Below are positions 51,828 to 64,000 of a DNA stretch of 64,000 nt, in pieces; within the stretch, counting starts at the first letter, position 1, and each line of letters opens with the position of its first letter. The DNA is from Takakia lepidozioides (taxonomy: Eukaryota > Plantae > Bryophyta): positions 51,584,001-51,648,000 of the forward strand of contig CM060732.1 of NCBI GenBank assembly GCA_030704615.1, read 5' to 3'. Made by a program: the position numbers and the translations under genes. The notes under the pieces are model-generated. The model worked only from the letters and a program-made list of their open reading frames with translations, had not been told where the DNA came from and searched no databases.

Positions 51828-53164
51828 GCCATGAAGTGCATTCTACACAGAATCAATAACATTCAAATAGCAGCACCTGATATTGGTGTTGCTGTGCGGG
51901 AGGGGCTGCAACACTGAAACTCCATGAGCTGCACAAATCCAGTAGCAAGGGACTTGGAATCTCTGGTGCAGGAGCTCCGTGAGGGCAAGGTTTGGCAAGC
52001 TGGGCTGAGTGGAGGTTTCAGGAATGATAATTTTCCAGACCATGGAGATGGCATCAGATAGTGGATGGTGTCAGTTCTCCGCTGTAAGGTGGCCCCAACA
52101 TGCCCACTGACACAAGCTCTGTAGGTTGCCGAAAGCCATGGTCAGCACGCAAGTACCAGAGTGCAGATGGATACAGCTTTTGTATGACTTCTAGCTTAAC
52201 TTTTCTCTCTGGGGTTTTGCCAACCCACGTGGTTTTTAGAAGCATCTGAGCAAGAGTAAGATGCAGGGGCTCGCTATTTGCATACAACACTGCAGAAGCG
52301 CTGTTTTGCAGGACACTATATCGAGATTTGTGCGGAGGCCACCAAAGAACTTGTTTTTGAATTGTGTGTCAGTTGCAAGTACTCAATAGGTAGGCATTTT
52401 AGTGTCAAAAGGGTTAAAGCCAGCATCTGGAATGTAAGCACTCCAATGACCATCAGCACCCATTACTTTTTGCAGCTGTACACTTGGATGCTGCTGCACA
52501 TATACTCCCTACCAATAAGGACTGGTGTCATTCATTGATAGCAACCATGATTGGATTTCATGTGAGGGAATCATATCAGATGTCCTCCACTGGTGTACTG
52601 GATGCTTGTGTGACAGAAGATGCTGTGAGAAAGTAATGGTTTGATCACAAGCTTCCTTCTGTGAATTCCAGAAGCAAGAAAACCTTGAGGAATCCGGTAA
52701 ATGACCAAGAGGCACTTTGTTGAGGGACTCTGGAGATTGTGTAGACTTGTTTGAGTTGCTGTTGGATAGCTTTCTGTATGGAGGAAGGGGTTTTGTTGCA
52801 TTGATATGGTTCAGTTAGAACTTGAATCATCTGCACTCAAACCTAAGTTTCAGAGCAATGGGTGTGTGTTTGCTCTACCTAGTCGGTACTCGCATGTAGG
52901 CTTTTTGCAACAATCTCAGAAGCTACAGATACTCTTGTGACTGGTGGGCCAATGATAAGCAGCAAGTCTACTCTATTCTCTTTTTCTAGTGATGTGTATA
53001 GCCAGCCATCGGTCCATTCCAACCTATATGTCCTTTTGGTGAACAGTAGGTGGCTATTGTCAACCGCACCTTGGTGGACTGTTAGTTCTTTTTTCTTTTT
53101 TCAAAGGAGCGGCCCCTCACAAATCAGGCCCCTTAATTATGTGAGAGGAGAAAATAACCTGTGT

Positions 53165-53736
53165 TTGGTGGTTATTTGATTTTTTTCATAACCAGCGGTT
53201 CGGTTGCTTCAAATTTTAGGAAAACTATTAACCTGCGGTTGCGGTTACGGTTATTAATAATTTTATGGCTAGATATAACGATATAACCTGCAGTTGTGGT
53301 TACTTGCAAAAACCTCAAATAATCGGCATTTTTCATCAAATATTGCGGGTATTTGGCGGTAGGTTCTTTAAAAGTTTCTTTGCTTGGTTATCCAGTGTTT
53401 GGTGGTTATTTAATTTTTTCATAACCAGCGGTTCCGGTTGCTTCAAATTTTAGGAAAACTATTAACCTGCGGTTGCGGTTATTAATTTTTTAATGGCTAT
53501 TTATGACGATATGACCTGCAGTTGCGGTTAGTTGCAAAAACCTCAAATAACCGGCATTCTTCATCAAATGACCCCGGGTATTGGGCGGTTTAGGGTTCTT
53601 TGCTCGGTTATTTGAATGCATGACCTCCGCCGGTTCCTAACTGGACCGATTACGTCATATTTTCGCCACCATCTGTTATACATATATATAACCGGATAGG
53701 TAACCGCCAGAGATTAGAGACAACCGCCCAACACTA
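53165..53736. mobile_element. Non-autonomous DNA transposon (MITE-like) fragment with an internal ~232-bp duplication and AACCG/CGGTT motifs
   Basis: ttcataaccagcggtt..ggttgcttcaaattttaggaaaactattaacctgcggttgcggtt occurs at ~53185 and ~53418. Many aaccg/cggtt motifs; ends aaccgcccaacacta. Confidence 0.55.
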
Positions 53737-53759
53737 AAAATAACCTCCCAGGTGTTTCC

Positions 53760-53870
53760 CTTTGAAAAAAAAAAAAAAACCTCTGTCGTACTAATAACCT
53801 CACCACGAGGCGCTCTACACCCGACAAGTTAGCAGGATTTGAACCCAGAATCACCTGGGTGGCACTCCTT
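53760..53870 (-). repeat. tRNA-derived SINE-like element, second copy
   Basis: An A-run plus cctc, then acacccgacaagttagcaggatttgaaccc...ctgggtggca, matching the 48130-48260 element. Confidence 0.45.
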
Positions 53871-54630
53871 AAAAAGCAATTTCAGGAACAAAATAAGAAA
53901 TAACAAAAAATAAATAAAGTCCGGGTAGCTCAAATAGTCCAGTGAGGGCACGCGTCTGGACGCCTGGCCTCCCCACAGTAGGAGCCTGCCATACCGACGA
54001 GTGTCGCCTTAACCCACGGTTACACCGCGACGACCACGTGGTGCAGTAGGGGATAAGAAGGATAGTGCATATTAGCCGGGGGTTTTGAATGCTGTTACTC
54101 AGTCCTCGCCAAGACAAGACAGGGGACTACTGTGAAGCGTTGGTGAAGCGGCTTGAAGGTTGCAGGACGTCAACGATTTGTGCTCGATCGGTCTGTTGCT
54201 TATCAGTTATCTGGAAATCGGCAAAGCTTTGTTCTATTGATTCTGGTAATTTCTTGGTCTGGCGTTTCCTGCCACTTGCTCCCATGCCAAGTTTCGGATT
54301 CTTGCTAAATTTCAAAAACAATTCTAGGTATGGTGAAAAGGTAGACAGTAGAAGAGTACGATAATTCTTTACGGAACGTGGTTGAGGCCACACAAACATG
54401 TGGTTCACCCCTTTGAGGAGTCACAGCTCAAATGATGGTCCACCGTTTCTATGCGTTCAAGTGATAAGGATATAGTGAGTGGTATCAAGTTTTTTGGTAT
54501 GCAATAAGTGAATGGACATGTTTGATGGATTGCAGGCTACATTTTCTGCTTCTGTTTCTCTTCAATTCCAGCTTTAATTCCAGTAGGAGATAAACTCATC
54601 TTGTTTGCAGGTTGCATTTTGGTTGAAAGA

Positions 54631-57600
54631 ATGGCGTCAGCGATTCGTTGCGGTGGTGCTGAAAATGGAAAGCGGGAAAGCTCAGACGTGGGAGTGGTGA
54701 AGGGGACGGGTGAAACGGAGGTGCCGCAAGAAAGGTTTGTTTCTCATTTTTTCAACTCCTGCTGGTTTATGGTTTATTTGTGAAAAACGCGAAGGACGTC
54801 GAAAAGACCGGGTGCCCTATATGTATATTTTTTATGTGAAGGAAATTGAGCTAAGATTGATATACGGCTTTTGTGTATGAACTGTCTCTGTCAGATCATT
54901 TGGGCATTCTATGTTGGCTCCCTTCACTGGAGCAAAGACAGAAATGGAACCCTTAATCATTCAAAAGGGGGAGGTATTTGAGTGTCCTTTTGTCTCTTAG
55001 ACAAGGAGTTTTTGGAGTTTAATTCATGTTTCATGAACTGTTTGAGTTGAGATGTTTTCACGAAAGAAGTACCATGCACTTGATTTTGTTTTTCGATGCA
55101 CAGTTGTATTTGTTGCAAGCTATGGAATGAACTGATGGCATCTTCCACCTGTTGAGCATCTGGCAATGTTTGACAATGCAATAAAGGATGCCTTTAGTGT
55201 ACAATTGCCACATGAAACGGATTTCACACCACAGAGGTTGTCTCTATTCAATTGTTTATTTGCCTGGTGTTTGTCATTTGGCCCAAGAAGGGCTTGCTTT
55301 GTAAGAGATAAGAAAGTAGAAATCCACACTTTCACACTGCTTTGTCTGTTGCCTGGTATCTCGGGTTTGCAGAGGATCTATGTCTGGGATAACAAGGGTA
55401 ACAAATACATTGATGCTCTGGCAGGCCTCTGGTGCACTTCTTTAGGTTATAAACCTCCACTTGACCTCGTTTCTCTGGTTCATTGTTTCTATTTCACTTT
55501 TGAACTTCTTACATTATGCTACAGAGAGGAGAGTGGAAAGTACTCTCTGCGGAGGCATTTCCAACTGTTTCAGGATTGTTTGGTATAAGAGGTGCAGATC
55601 ACGTCAAGTTCAATTGTCCATGGCTTGAGTGTCTTGGGTATACATTGTGCAGTATGTTTGAAATTTAATTGCCTATGGTGCAGTAGCTTGGTAATGAATG
55701 TTGTGATGCAAGCCCTGAGATTGTTTTGGTGGTTGACAGGATTCAGTGAGAAGCGCCTAGTAGATGCAGCTGTGAAACAGCTGAATACTCTGCCATTTTA
55801 TCACTCTTTCTGGAATCGTACTTGCCAGCCCCCTCTGGTACGGTCCATTGACCCGAGTCTGAAGGTTCACACTTGGAAGTACTGGGAAGCTTAATTATGC
55901 ATTCAAGTTGAGGTATGGTGGTCAGTTCGTTTTCTGAAGTGAGATACATCTGTTCATGACGACATGAATTGGAAAACCCGTCGGTTTGAACGCAAGAATA
56001 AAGGCATCATCTGTTATCATTAAGTAGTTTCTGTGGGCGGCTGTAGGATCTGGCACAGGAGCTAATTGACATTCTCAAACCTGTCAATATGGCCAAGGTC
56101 TTTTTCTGCAATAGTGGGTCCGAGGCCAATGATACGCAGGTATACCACTTGATTTTTCTGATGCTGTGATCATTCGGTGCAATGGAGCCACATGTGTTTT
56201 GGCTGTTTTTGTGCATCGAAGTCTCCTTGCTCTTCATGTTTTAAGTGGGCGCAGTGGGTTTATTACACTAACTGGTTGAATTCCGTTGCAGATGAAGCTG
56301 GTTTGGTATTATAACAATGCTTTGGGAAGACCCAACAAAAAGAAAATTATTGCTCGCCAGAAAGGGTAATTTGCTCATGCCCACCAACTAGATTCCTGTT
56401 TGTGTCTTGTGGGATTGGCATGGAAGCAGGAAGTCCTAAATGTTGCAGATGGAGGCCTTGATCTGTAGGATCATTGCAATCTGACAAGTTTGCTTGATGG
56501 GGGTTGGTGATGTAGTTGGATGTTTGTTTAACATCTTTGTATGACTGTTGGAAATAAATACTGACCCCTTGTTGAATTGTGCTTAGAAAGGAGATATTTG
56601 TTCACATTTCTTGCATTATTATTCTGCATACACTGTTCTGCATCTCATGACGAGGTATATCAACCTCAAAAGTGTCAAAGTTGCACAAAATATGAATACC
56701 GTTCGCAAGAACTCTTAATACTATTGTGGGGCTCTGTGGCAGTTACCATGGTGTCACATTTGCGGCTGCCAGTCTTTCCGGGTATGTGACTCTTCAGGAA
56801 GTCATATGACAAATGTCTTCTTGGAAAGCAAGATGTTTTGCAAACATGCAGTGTATGAGTGAGAAGTTTTATGAATTCACGCTGCTTCTGGGTGTAGCCA
56901 TGCTTTATTTCTCCTATCCATGAAAGCTCCAAATTATGGTGTTGTGCTCAAAGTGGAGAGACATAAAGGTTTGGTGTGAGCTTTGTTTTAACAGTATCTA
57001 GGGAATTCTTGTGTGGGGCAGTTTGACATCACTCCATCAAAGCTTTGATTTGCCGGGTCCTATGGTGGTCCATACTGACTGTCCGCACTATTGGCGCTAC
57101 CATTTACCAAGTACAGACTTTCCCTTTCCCATATTGTTGTACATGTCACATGCAATGTTGTATATTGGTGTGATGGGAAATTCCATCTCACAGCAACATT
57201 GGGAAGAGTTGAGGCACAGGGAGGCACAGATCCTTCTTCCAAGATCCTTGTGTCCTCATACATAATGAGGCCCCTGAAAGGCCATGGGGTGTCACTATGA
57301 CCAGTGGTGAGTGATGTCAAGTTAGGTTATTTTGAGTGCTTCGGAGTGAAGTGTCTCGCTGGTGCCAGTGTTGTATTTGATGGTCTATAACAAATGGAAC
57401 ATCTGTTTCAGATGAGAGCGAAGAAGAATTCTCATCGAGATTAGCAGAGAACTTGGAGAAGTTGATCCTGAAGGAGGGGCCTGAGACAGTAAGTGCCTAC
57501 CAACGACGATTGTATGTGAGAAGTGCCAGCAGTGCAGCATGAGTTGTGACGTTATGCATACTGTATGGTTTGTGGTCACATAGCATGGTTATGACTACTA

Positions 57601-60600
57601 TGATATACTATGTCCAGCAAGTAAGCAATTGATATTGGACTGTGTATTCTGCCTTCCAATGCATGGGTAACTTGTGCTGTCGGTCGGCAGTATATAGTTT
57701 GACCCTAAAACCATAAACCCATGGCTTTGGAGGGTATGCCGTGTATGCGGGACATAATCAACTGACACAGGATGAATGTATGGTTTGTCTGCTTGGGAAC
57801 TGTTAGATGCTAGTATTAGGAGGTCTCTGCACACCTAGGGTACTAGATCTCTTTCCTAGTCAGGAAGAGAACTAATTCGAAAAGGTTTGATCTGAGGACC
57901 TTGATACAATTTAGATGTTGTTTGACCCTAAGGCTGTGCCAGTATTGTCTGGGGATAGAATCAAGGTATGAACAAGGGATGAACGTATAGTTTGTCCACT
58001 CACAAACTGTTAGATGCTAGTATTAGGAGCTCACTGCAAGGTGAGAGTGGGTTTAGGATTTGTGGGTTTAAACCCTAGACTTCACTGCAAGGTGAGTGGG
58101 TTTTTGGGTTCCTAGTCAGCAAGAGAACTATTAGAAAAGGTCTCATCAGAGGAGGACCTTGAGAAACATTCAGATATGGCAGTTACAGATTAGACTGTTA
58201 GGACACTCTCACGCAAGCATGTACAAGAAGATTTGAAGAAACTTCTACGTGACTGTAAATTCAGATCGAAGGTTTTCAGATCCTCAGGCAGGGTTTCCTT
58301 TCTGGCAGTGTCCAATTTAACAGCATATCATGTCAAAATATAGCATCGGCTCTACTGTGCAGATTGCCGCCTTCATTGGAGAGCCTTGCATGGGTGCCGG
58401 TGGTGTCATACCTCCTCCTGCTACCTACTGGGACAAGGTTTTTCACCGCCTCTTCTATACAAGTCATGCTCCTCTCATCAAACTTCGATATCTTCGATTA
58501 AATCGCAGGAAAAATGGTGGCCATCATATCTTCTAGTCTGCATTGAGGTTAACTTTGGCTTACTTCATGATGTCAAGTTTCTGATCTCATATTTTAGGAC
58601 GTTAATACGCTGGTTTTACAGATTATGACTTGATTTGCAGATCCAGCCAATCTTGAAAAAGTATGACATTCTTTTGATTGCTGACGAGGTATTTCATCTT
58701 TTCACCAGTCCCAGTGACTGATGTTTTTCAAAGTCTTAGCTGATAACTTTTCAAGCAGAATCAGAATCCGATTTACTTGTATATCAATCTCATCAAAACT
58801 TTGTACTGTGCATCTATCTGGTCCAATCCAGATGGGTGGTTTCAAACGGAGAGAGTGTTTAGCACTGGTGAAAATCAATTTGCGTCTTTGGGCATGGTAG
58901 GTAGTCTGTGCTTTTGGAAGATTGGGATCCATGTCTGGGTCTGAGAAGTACAACATCAAGCCTGACCTTGTGTCAGTAGCAAAGGTGAGTCCTCACTCTG
59001 CTGCTATACTCTGAGGATGGCTGGGGTGTTTTAATGGTCGATGCCAGCTGAAATCTTTATAACTAATGAAGTTCAGTCTTTATTCTATTAGTGTGTCAGG
59101 CATAATATCCTCCTCAAAGTTGCATTTTATTTTGAAGTCTCGTGACTGAATTGGACTTACAACTTGAAGTGCACAGGCATGTATTGTGGGAATAGCTGCC
59201 GACTCTTTTAGTGCACAGCTTGCTTGAATATACCATTGCCTGCCTCACCCATTGGTTCGTATGTACTGGTTTGATAGGCCTTGTCTTCGGCTTACCAGCC
59301 AATTGGAGCTGTTCTCATGAGTCAGAAGATTTCTGATGTAGTGGCCAGTCAAAGTAACAAAATTGGTAAGCTTGCTCTGTCCTTTCAAAACTCACCTATA
59401 CATGAAACTTCATGGATGTCTTTTAAAGAGTTTCAACGCTTACTTTAGCGGTGGAGAATTGGTTGTTATGGACGAGTTCAGACTGGACATTAGGGCAGTT
59501 AATCTACTGATGTTATACTGGACTGGAGACTTGTATTTCCTACTGTATTAACAGGTAAACTATCTTACATCTGATAGGCCTTTTCAATCATGGATTCACA
59601 TACTCGGGTCATCCGGTGGCATGTGCGGTGGCCTTGGAGGCGTTGCGGATTTACAAGTATGTACAGCCATTTTGTATTCAGTAGCTCTCTTGATTGTCAA
59701 TCTGCGGTCTGTTCAGCACCGACTGATACATGGAGAGCAGGGAGAACCGCATATCTGGCGGATGCAAATGGGATGTCTGTCAACTGCATCTTCTTAGGTG
59801 TCCTTCCCGTAATTCCTATGGAAGTTTGAATTATAGCTATTTTCTGGAAATAGGTTTATGGTGTGGCTGAGTTATTTGAGAAAGGTTTGTTTCATATTAC
59901 GGGAAATTTGTGCTGTGTGCAGGGAACGAGATATAGTGGCGCAGGTGAATAAAGTTGCACCAGCATTCCAGAAAGGCATGAAGGATCTTGCAGACAGTCC
60001 TATTGTGGGAGAGGTTACATTCACAATACCATTATAATTGTTATTCAATGCTGCAGCTTGTTTTCCCTCGGTGTGTTTGGTTCCTTTCTCAGTGTAAGAT
60101 GGAGTTACTACCCTCCTTTAGGTACCTTCTAGGAATCACAGACAGTAATTTTTGGTTAGATACTTCTTGTCCTTTGTCCAGAGATTGCCAGAGATGTGTC
60201 TAGAGATTGCCTCTTCCTGTCTCTAAAGACTAAAAGAGTAGAATGTTCATCAGAAAAGGGTGCTTGATGTTTGTGAGCAGGTTAGAGGAGCAGGATTGAT
60301 ACTAGCTATAGAGTTTGCTGCTGATAAAGAAAAGGCTACGGCTTTCCCCTCCGACTGGGGTATGTCACTTGTCTTTCTCTCTTGGGGATATTTGCTGGTA
60401 CAACCACTGATTGTCCACTGCTGAAAGTGATTAAATGAACCTTATTTCAAAGGGATGATGTGTTCTTGAATGTATGTTTGATGATTTTGTAGGTCCATCA
60501 GTTGGTAATGTGTGACTCTTTACTGACCACCAAAGGCAGGCAGTATGATCAGCAATGCACGTATTCTCTCAGTATGGGGGGAGAAATAGGGAATGAGGTT

Positions 60601-61242
60601 GGATTGCTATTGAAAAGCAGTTAAAATTAAAAATATTTATTAGTGCTGAACATTTTGTTGTTGCTTGGGTCCAGGGGTTGCGACATACTTTGCGGCGCAG
60701 TGTGCAGCTTTAGGCATGCTGGTGCGTGTATCTGGTGACATAATCATGATGTCTCCTCCCCTCATCATTACGAGTGAGGAAGTCCACAAGGTTGGTTCAT
60801 CCGGGTTTTATATTACCAGCCATTCTGTACCTGCAGTTATAGACACTCAAAATGGGACTAGCAATAGAGAGGCACAGGCAGAGATGTGAGGTGGATGAGG
60901 AATGGTTTGACAGGAGTAGACATCTTTCCAGAGCACTTACCAAATAGCGATTATGATTGCAAAAGCCTGTCTTCTTGGAAGTCATGTCACACTGTTGGTT
61001 GCCCTTCCACCCTTATGCCCCTGCCTATAGGGATGTCATTACATTGACCGGCAAGGGGCATTTGAGGAGTACTTGTATAGTGAAGGTAAGCAAGACATGG
61101 AGCAGGATTATCTTTGGTTATCCTAATTCTGTGATACTTCTTGGCACAGATGGTTAAAATAGCGGAACTGGCATTGAAGGCGACCGAGAAAGAAGTTGCT
61201 GAGTTGCAGGCCAGCAAAGCAAGTGGCAATGAGCAAGCTTGA
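54631..61242 (+). CDS. POP2: Gamma-aminobutyrate transaminase (class III PLP aminotransferase), ~18 coding exons
   Basis: Exons encode [105 protein letters not shown]|[29 protein letters not shown]|[17 protein letters not shown]|[22 protein letters not shown] and [19 protein letters not shown]. Stop TGA at 61240-61242. An upstream exon (UTR or transit peptide) is possible, since there is an acceptor at 54610. Confidence 0.95.
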
Positions 61243-61769
61243 AATGTGAAGCTAAAGTTCTCACCACCATGCAGACTGTATGTGGCAGTGGCCAACCTGA
61301 TCTGGTGAGAATACCATGCATCATGATTGCTGTGTTTCACCTGCTGGAGACTGGCCCAAAGTGTAGTTGGAGTTTCAAAGTCAGGTGAAAAGACGAGGGG
61401 GTGGGGGAGTATTCTAGTCTGCAATATATTGTTGCATGGAGAACTTCACTATCCTTTGAGCACCCATATGATTCTCTTTTGTCAGTGTAAGAGAATTTGT
61501 AGAACAATCTGCTGCAGTGGGGCTGTACAGGGGGAGTTGTACCTCAGTTGCACCTCCAGTGGTGGGAGTGGGCAAACAAACATGACCGGTACATATACAA
61601 GTCTATCAATAAAATGATTTGGGCATTTACTAAGTAAATGTCAAAAGCTATTTGTGTATCATGTTTTGAAGAAAACTTGAGGGACAGTTGCACATCCTTT
61701 AAGTGGACCTCCTTTTGGACCCTACGCAATATGGATGTGGCTTCATTTTATTGCAAGCGTGTGAGCTGA

Positions 61770-63290
61770 CGAGTATGGCCCGGGAGGTACAGCAGGGGAC
61801 CTGTGCTCCGGCAGCCTCGGCCAATGCCCCATGTCAAATCATCCCCACCCCCTGACTGCGCGCCCGCCCGCCTGGGACCCTGACCCTTTTTGGCCACGCG
61901 GCGCCCCACAGCACCGCCTGATCTCCATCCCCTCATTGGGTTGATCCCCCTCCTAGTGCTGGAGGATCATCCTCCACCCCCATCTCCAGCAACTTGGTGC
62001 TACCCGGAACCATCGATCCCCTCCCCATCCATCCAACCTCAATTAAATGGATGACGGCTGGATGAAGGCCCCATGATGCGCTCATCGCCATGTGGCGCTC
62101 CCGTCGCCGTCAATCCCCTCTTCCCATCCACGGCGCGCTCCCCCAGACGTCGCCGCTCCCCCCCACGCGCCTTGATCCCCCTTCCGGACCGGTTGGGCTT
62201 GATCCCCCTTCCGGACCGGGAATGATCCCCCAACCCTAATCGCCCGCCACGTGCGGCTCCACCGGACCATCGATCCCCTATGCATCCATTCAACCTCACA
62301 AATAATGGATGTTGTGTGTCATCCGCCCCTCATCCCCCGCCATCCTCCCGAACAAGGAATGGACGACAGCCGGATGAAGGCCAGATGACACGGAGAGGCC
62401 ACGTGCCGCTCCCCCCGCCGTCGATCCCCTCTTCACATTGACGGCCCGATCCCCCGACACATCGCCACCGATCCCCCAACCAATGCGGTGACTGATCCCC
62501 CTCCACCCATCGGACGGCATGTGGCGCTCCCCCCCCCCCCCCATCCCCTCTTCCCATCCACTGCGCGATCCCCCGACACGTCGCCGCTCCCCCCGACCTA
62601 GCTTGATCCCACTCCGAACCGGCAGTGATCCCCCACCCCTAATCGCCCGCCACGTGCTGCTCCCCCGAACCGTCAATCCCCTGCTCATCCATCCAACCTC
62701 AAAACAATGGATGTTCTGGGTCATCCGCCCCGCATCCCCCGCCGTCGATCCCCTCATCCCATTGGAGGCGCGATCCCCCGGGCCATCGGGGTCCCCCCCC
62801 CTCATTTGATCCCCCGTCCAATGCGGTCACTGATCCCCCTCCAGCCATTGGCCGCCACGTGATGCTCCCCTGAACCGAGGATCCCTTGCGCATCCATCCA
62901 ACCTCAAAATTGGGTCATCCGCGGTCCCCCGACATTCGATCCCGTCCTCCCATCCACATGGCGATCCCCCAGGCCGCGACCCCCCGCCTCGGTTGATCCC
63001 CCGTCCAAACCGGGAATTGATCCCCCTCTCGTCTTCTACAACCACATGGCGGTCTCCGTAGCCGTTGATCCCCTCATCCCATCCAAGACCCGATCCCCCG
63101 AGCCACCGCTCCCCCCGCCGCCGCCATGCCGGGTGTCCACCCTTGACCACCCCCCCCGTGCGTCAACGGCGGAGCGGGTGATCGTTCCCCCACCATGGCG
63201 GTCCCCTCTCCGTTGATCCCCCACACCACCTGGAGTGATCCCCCATCTTTCCGCTCCCCCCCCCGGGAGCGATCCCCCTTCCACGTGTCA
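61770..63290. repeat. C-rich GATCCCC-motif repeat region with degenerate longer tandem units; probable transposon terminal or subterminal region
   Basis: Dozens of gatcccc motifs. The block catccatccaacctca...atggatg recurs near 62026, 62283, 62686 and 62891. Confidence 0.7.
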
Positions 63291-63579
63291 AATGTCAGGG
63301 CTGTTTGCACGTGGCTATCATTCTGTTCATCTATGTCGTCTTCCCCCATCCAACGGCCATGCACGTGTCTGTGAGATGAACGGAGTGGATGTATTGAAAT
63401 TTAGGATTTTCGGCTGCTCGCAGATTTGATCCTCTTTGCACGCGTGTATGCTGCACTTGCGCGTGTAGTTTGCTGCTATGTACTGTTTCTGCAGGACGCG
63501 TGTGGTCTGCGGATGTGTACTGTTCCTGCAGGGGTGCCGAGCATCATGACTAGATCTTCGAAGTTGCGCACGTCATTCC

Positions 63580-63820
63580 TTCTATCACATCTGCGTGACA
63601 CGTTGCAAATCCCCCGAATGGTTCCTTCAACCACAGGTCGTTTATATGGACTCCAACTATTTCAAGTGGAGGTGGACATCGTGTATATACGGATGTTTCG
63701 GTCATTCCTTGGAGCAGGATCAACGATTTTGTGAGAGGGGAGGAAGAAATGGCAGAGGCGCCCACTCACTTCAACATAAGTGTGCCTAAAAATGGAAAGA
63801 TGAGGAGGGCAAGCTCTTAG
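63580..63820 (+). pseudogene. N-terminal exon of a SWIM zinc-finger/MULE-related transposase-like protein
   Basis: Translation VANPPNGSFNHRSFIWTPTISSGGGHRVYTDVSVIPWSRINDFVRGEEEMAEAPTHF resembles the recalled NP...F...W...IP..RV.DFVRGE...PT.F N-terminus of plant SWIM-finger proteins. An in-frame TAG follows near 63818. Confidence 0.55.
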
Positions 63821-64000
63821 CTCCAAGGGCCAATAGTTGCTCTCTTGTCATAAAGTCCGCCTTCACCTTTGTGGTTTCTAGATGGTCTCTATGTGTTCTT
63901 TGTAATGGCATGCTGCTTGTTTGCATTGTTTGCCGCGCCGTGTTCCTCTAGCAGGGGCATCGAGGGTGTCCTCTTGATAGAAGAAAATATTCCGGGGCTG

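Noticed and set aside
57790-58160. Duplicated segments in a GABA-T intron
   Set aside because: A short local duplication (ctgttagatgctagtattaggag x2) with no sign of function.
62039-63364. Gly/Arg-rich minus-strand ORFs
   Set aside because: By-products of the GATCCCC low-complexity repeats.

Overview
Eukaryotic nuclear DNA from a plant. The spliceosomal GT-AG introns, PLS-type PPR repeats and TE repertoire suggest a non-seed land plant (bryophyte, lycophyte or fern-like); this placement is inference. About 1-47.5 kb is a nested cluster of decayed transposons. It holds (i) a multi-exon, decaying gene pairing a ParB/Srx-like DGNHR domain with a beta-class N4/N6 DNA-methyltransferase-like domain (~0.8-6.8 kb), with a palindromic 146-bp tandem array in one intron; (ii) a truncated APE-type LINE with a 2A-like GDIHxNPGP motif; (iii) degenerate OSB/PDF-motif exon repeats next to an 8-copy out-of-frame PPR tandem array; (iv) two Sola2-like DDD DNA transposons; and (v) a dUTPase-bearing Ty3/Gypsy element (A) split into three pieces. 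One splitting insert is a 12.45-kb block containing a second Ty3/Gypsy element (B) that encodes a C5-cytosine methyltransferase and a C-terminal PHD finger. The other is a 9.1-kb Sola2-like element with TIRs and a TAAG TSD. From 49 to 61 kb lie two apparently intact host genes, PUR-alpha and GABA transaminase. The window ends in GATCCCC-rich repeats and the start of a SWIM/MULE-type ORF. The most notable signals are two independent TE-associated DNA-methyltransferase-like modules: the ParB plus amino-MTase gene and the Gypsy-borne DNMT plus PHD. All calls come from reading motifs; no database searches were run.
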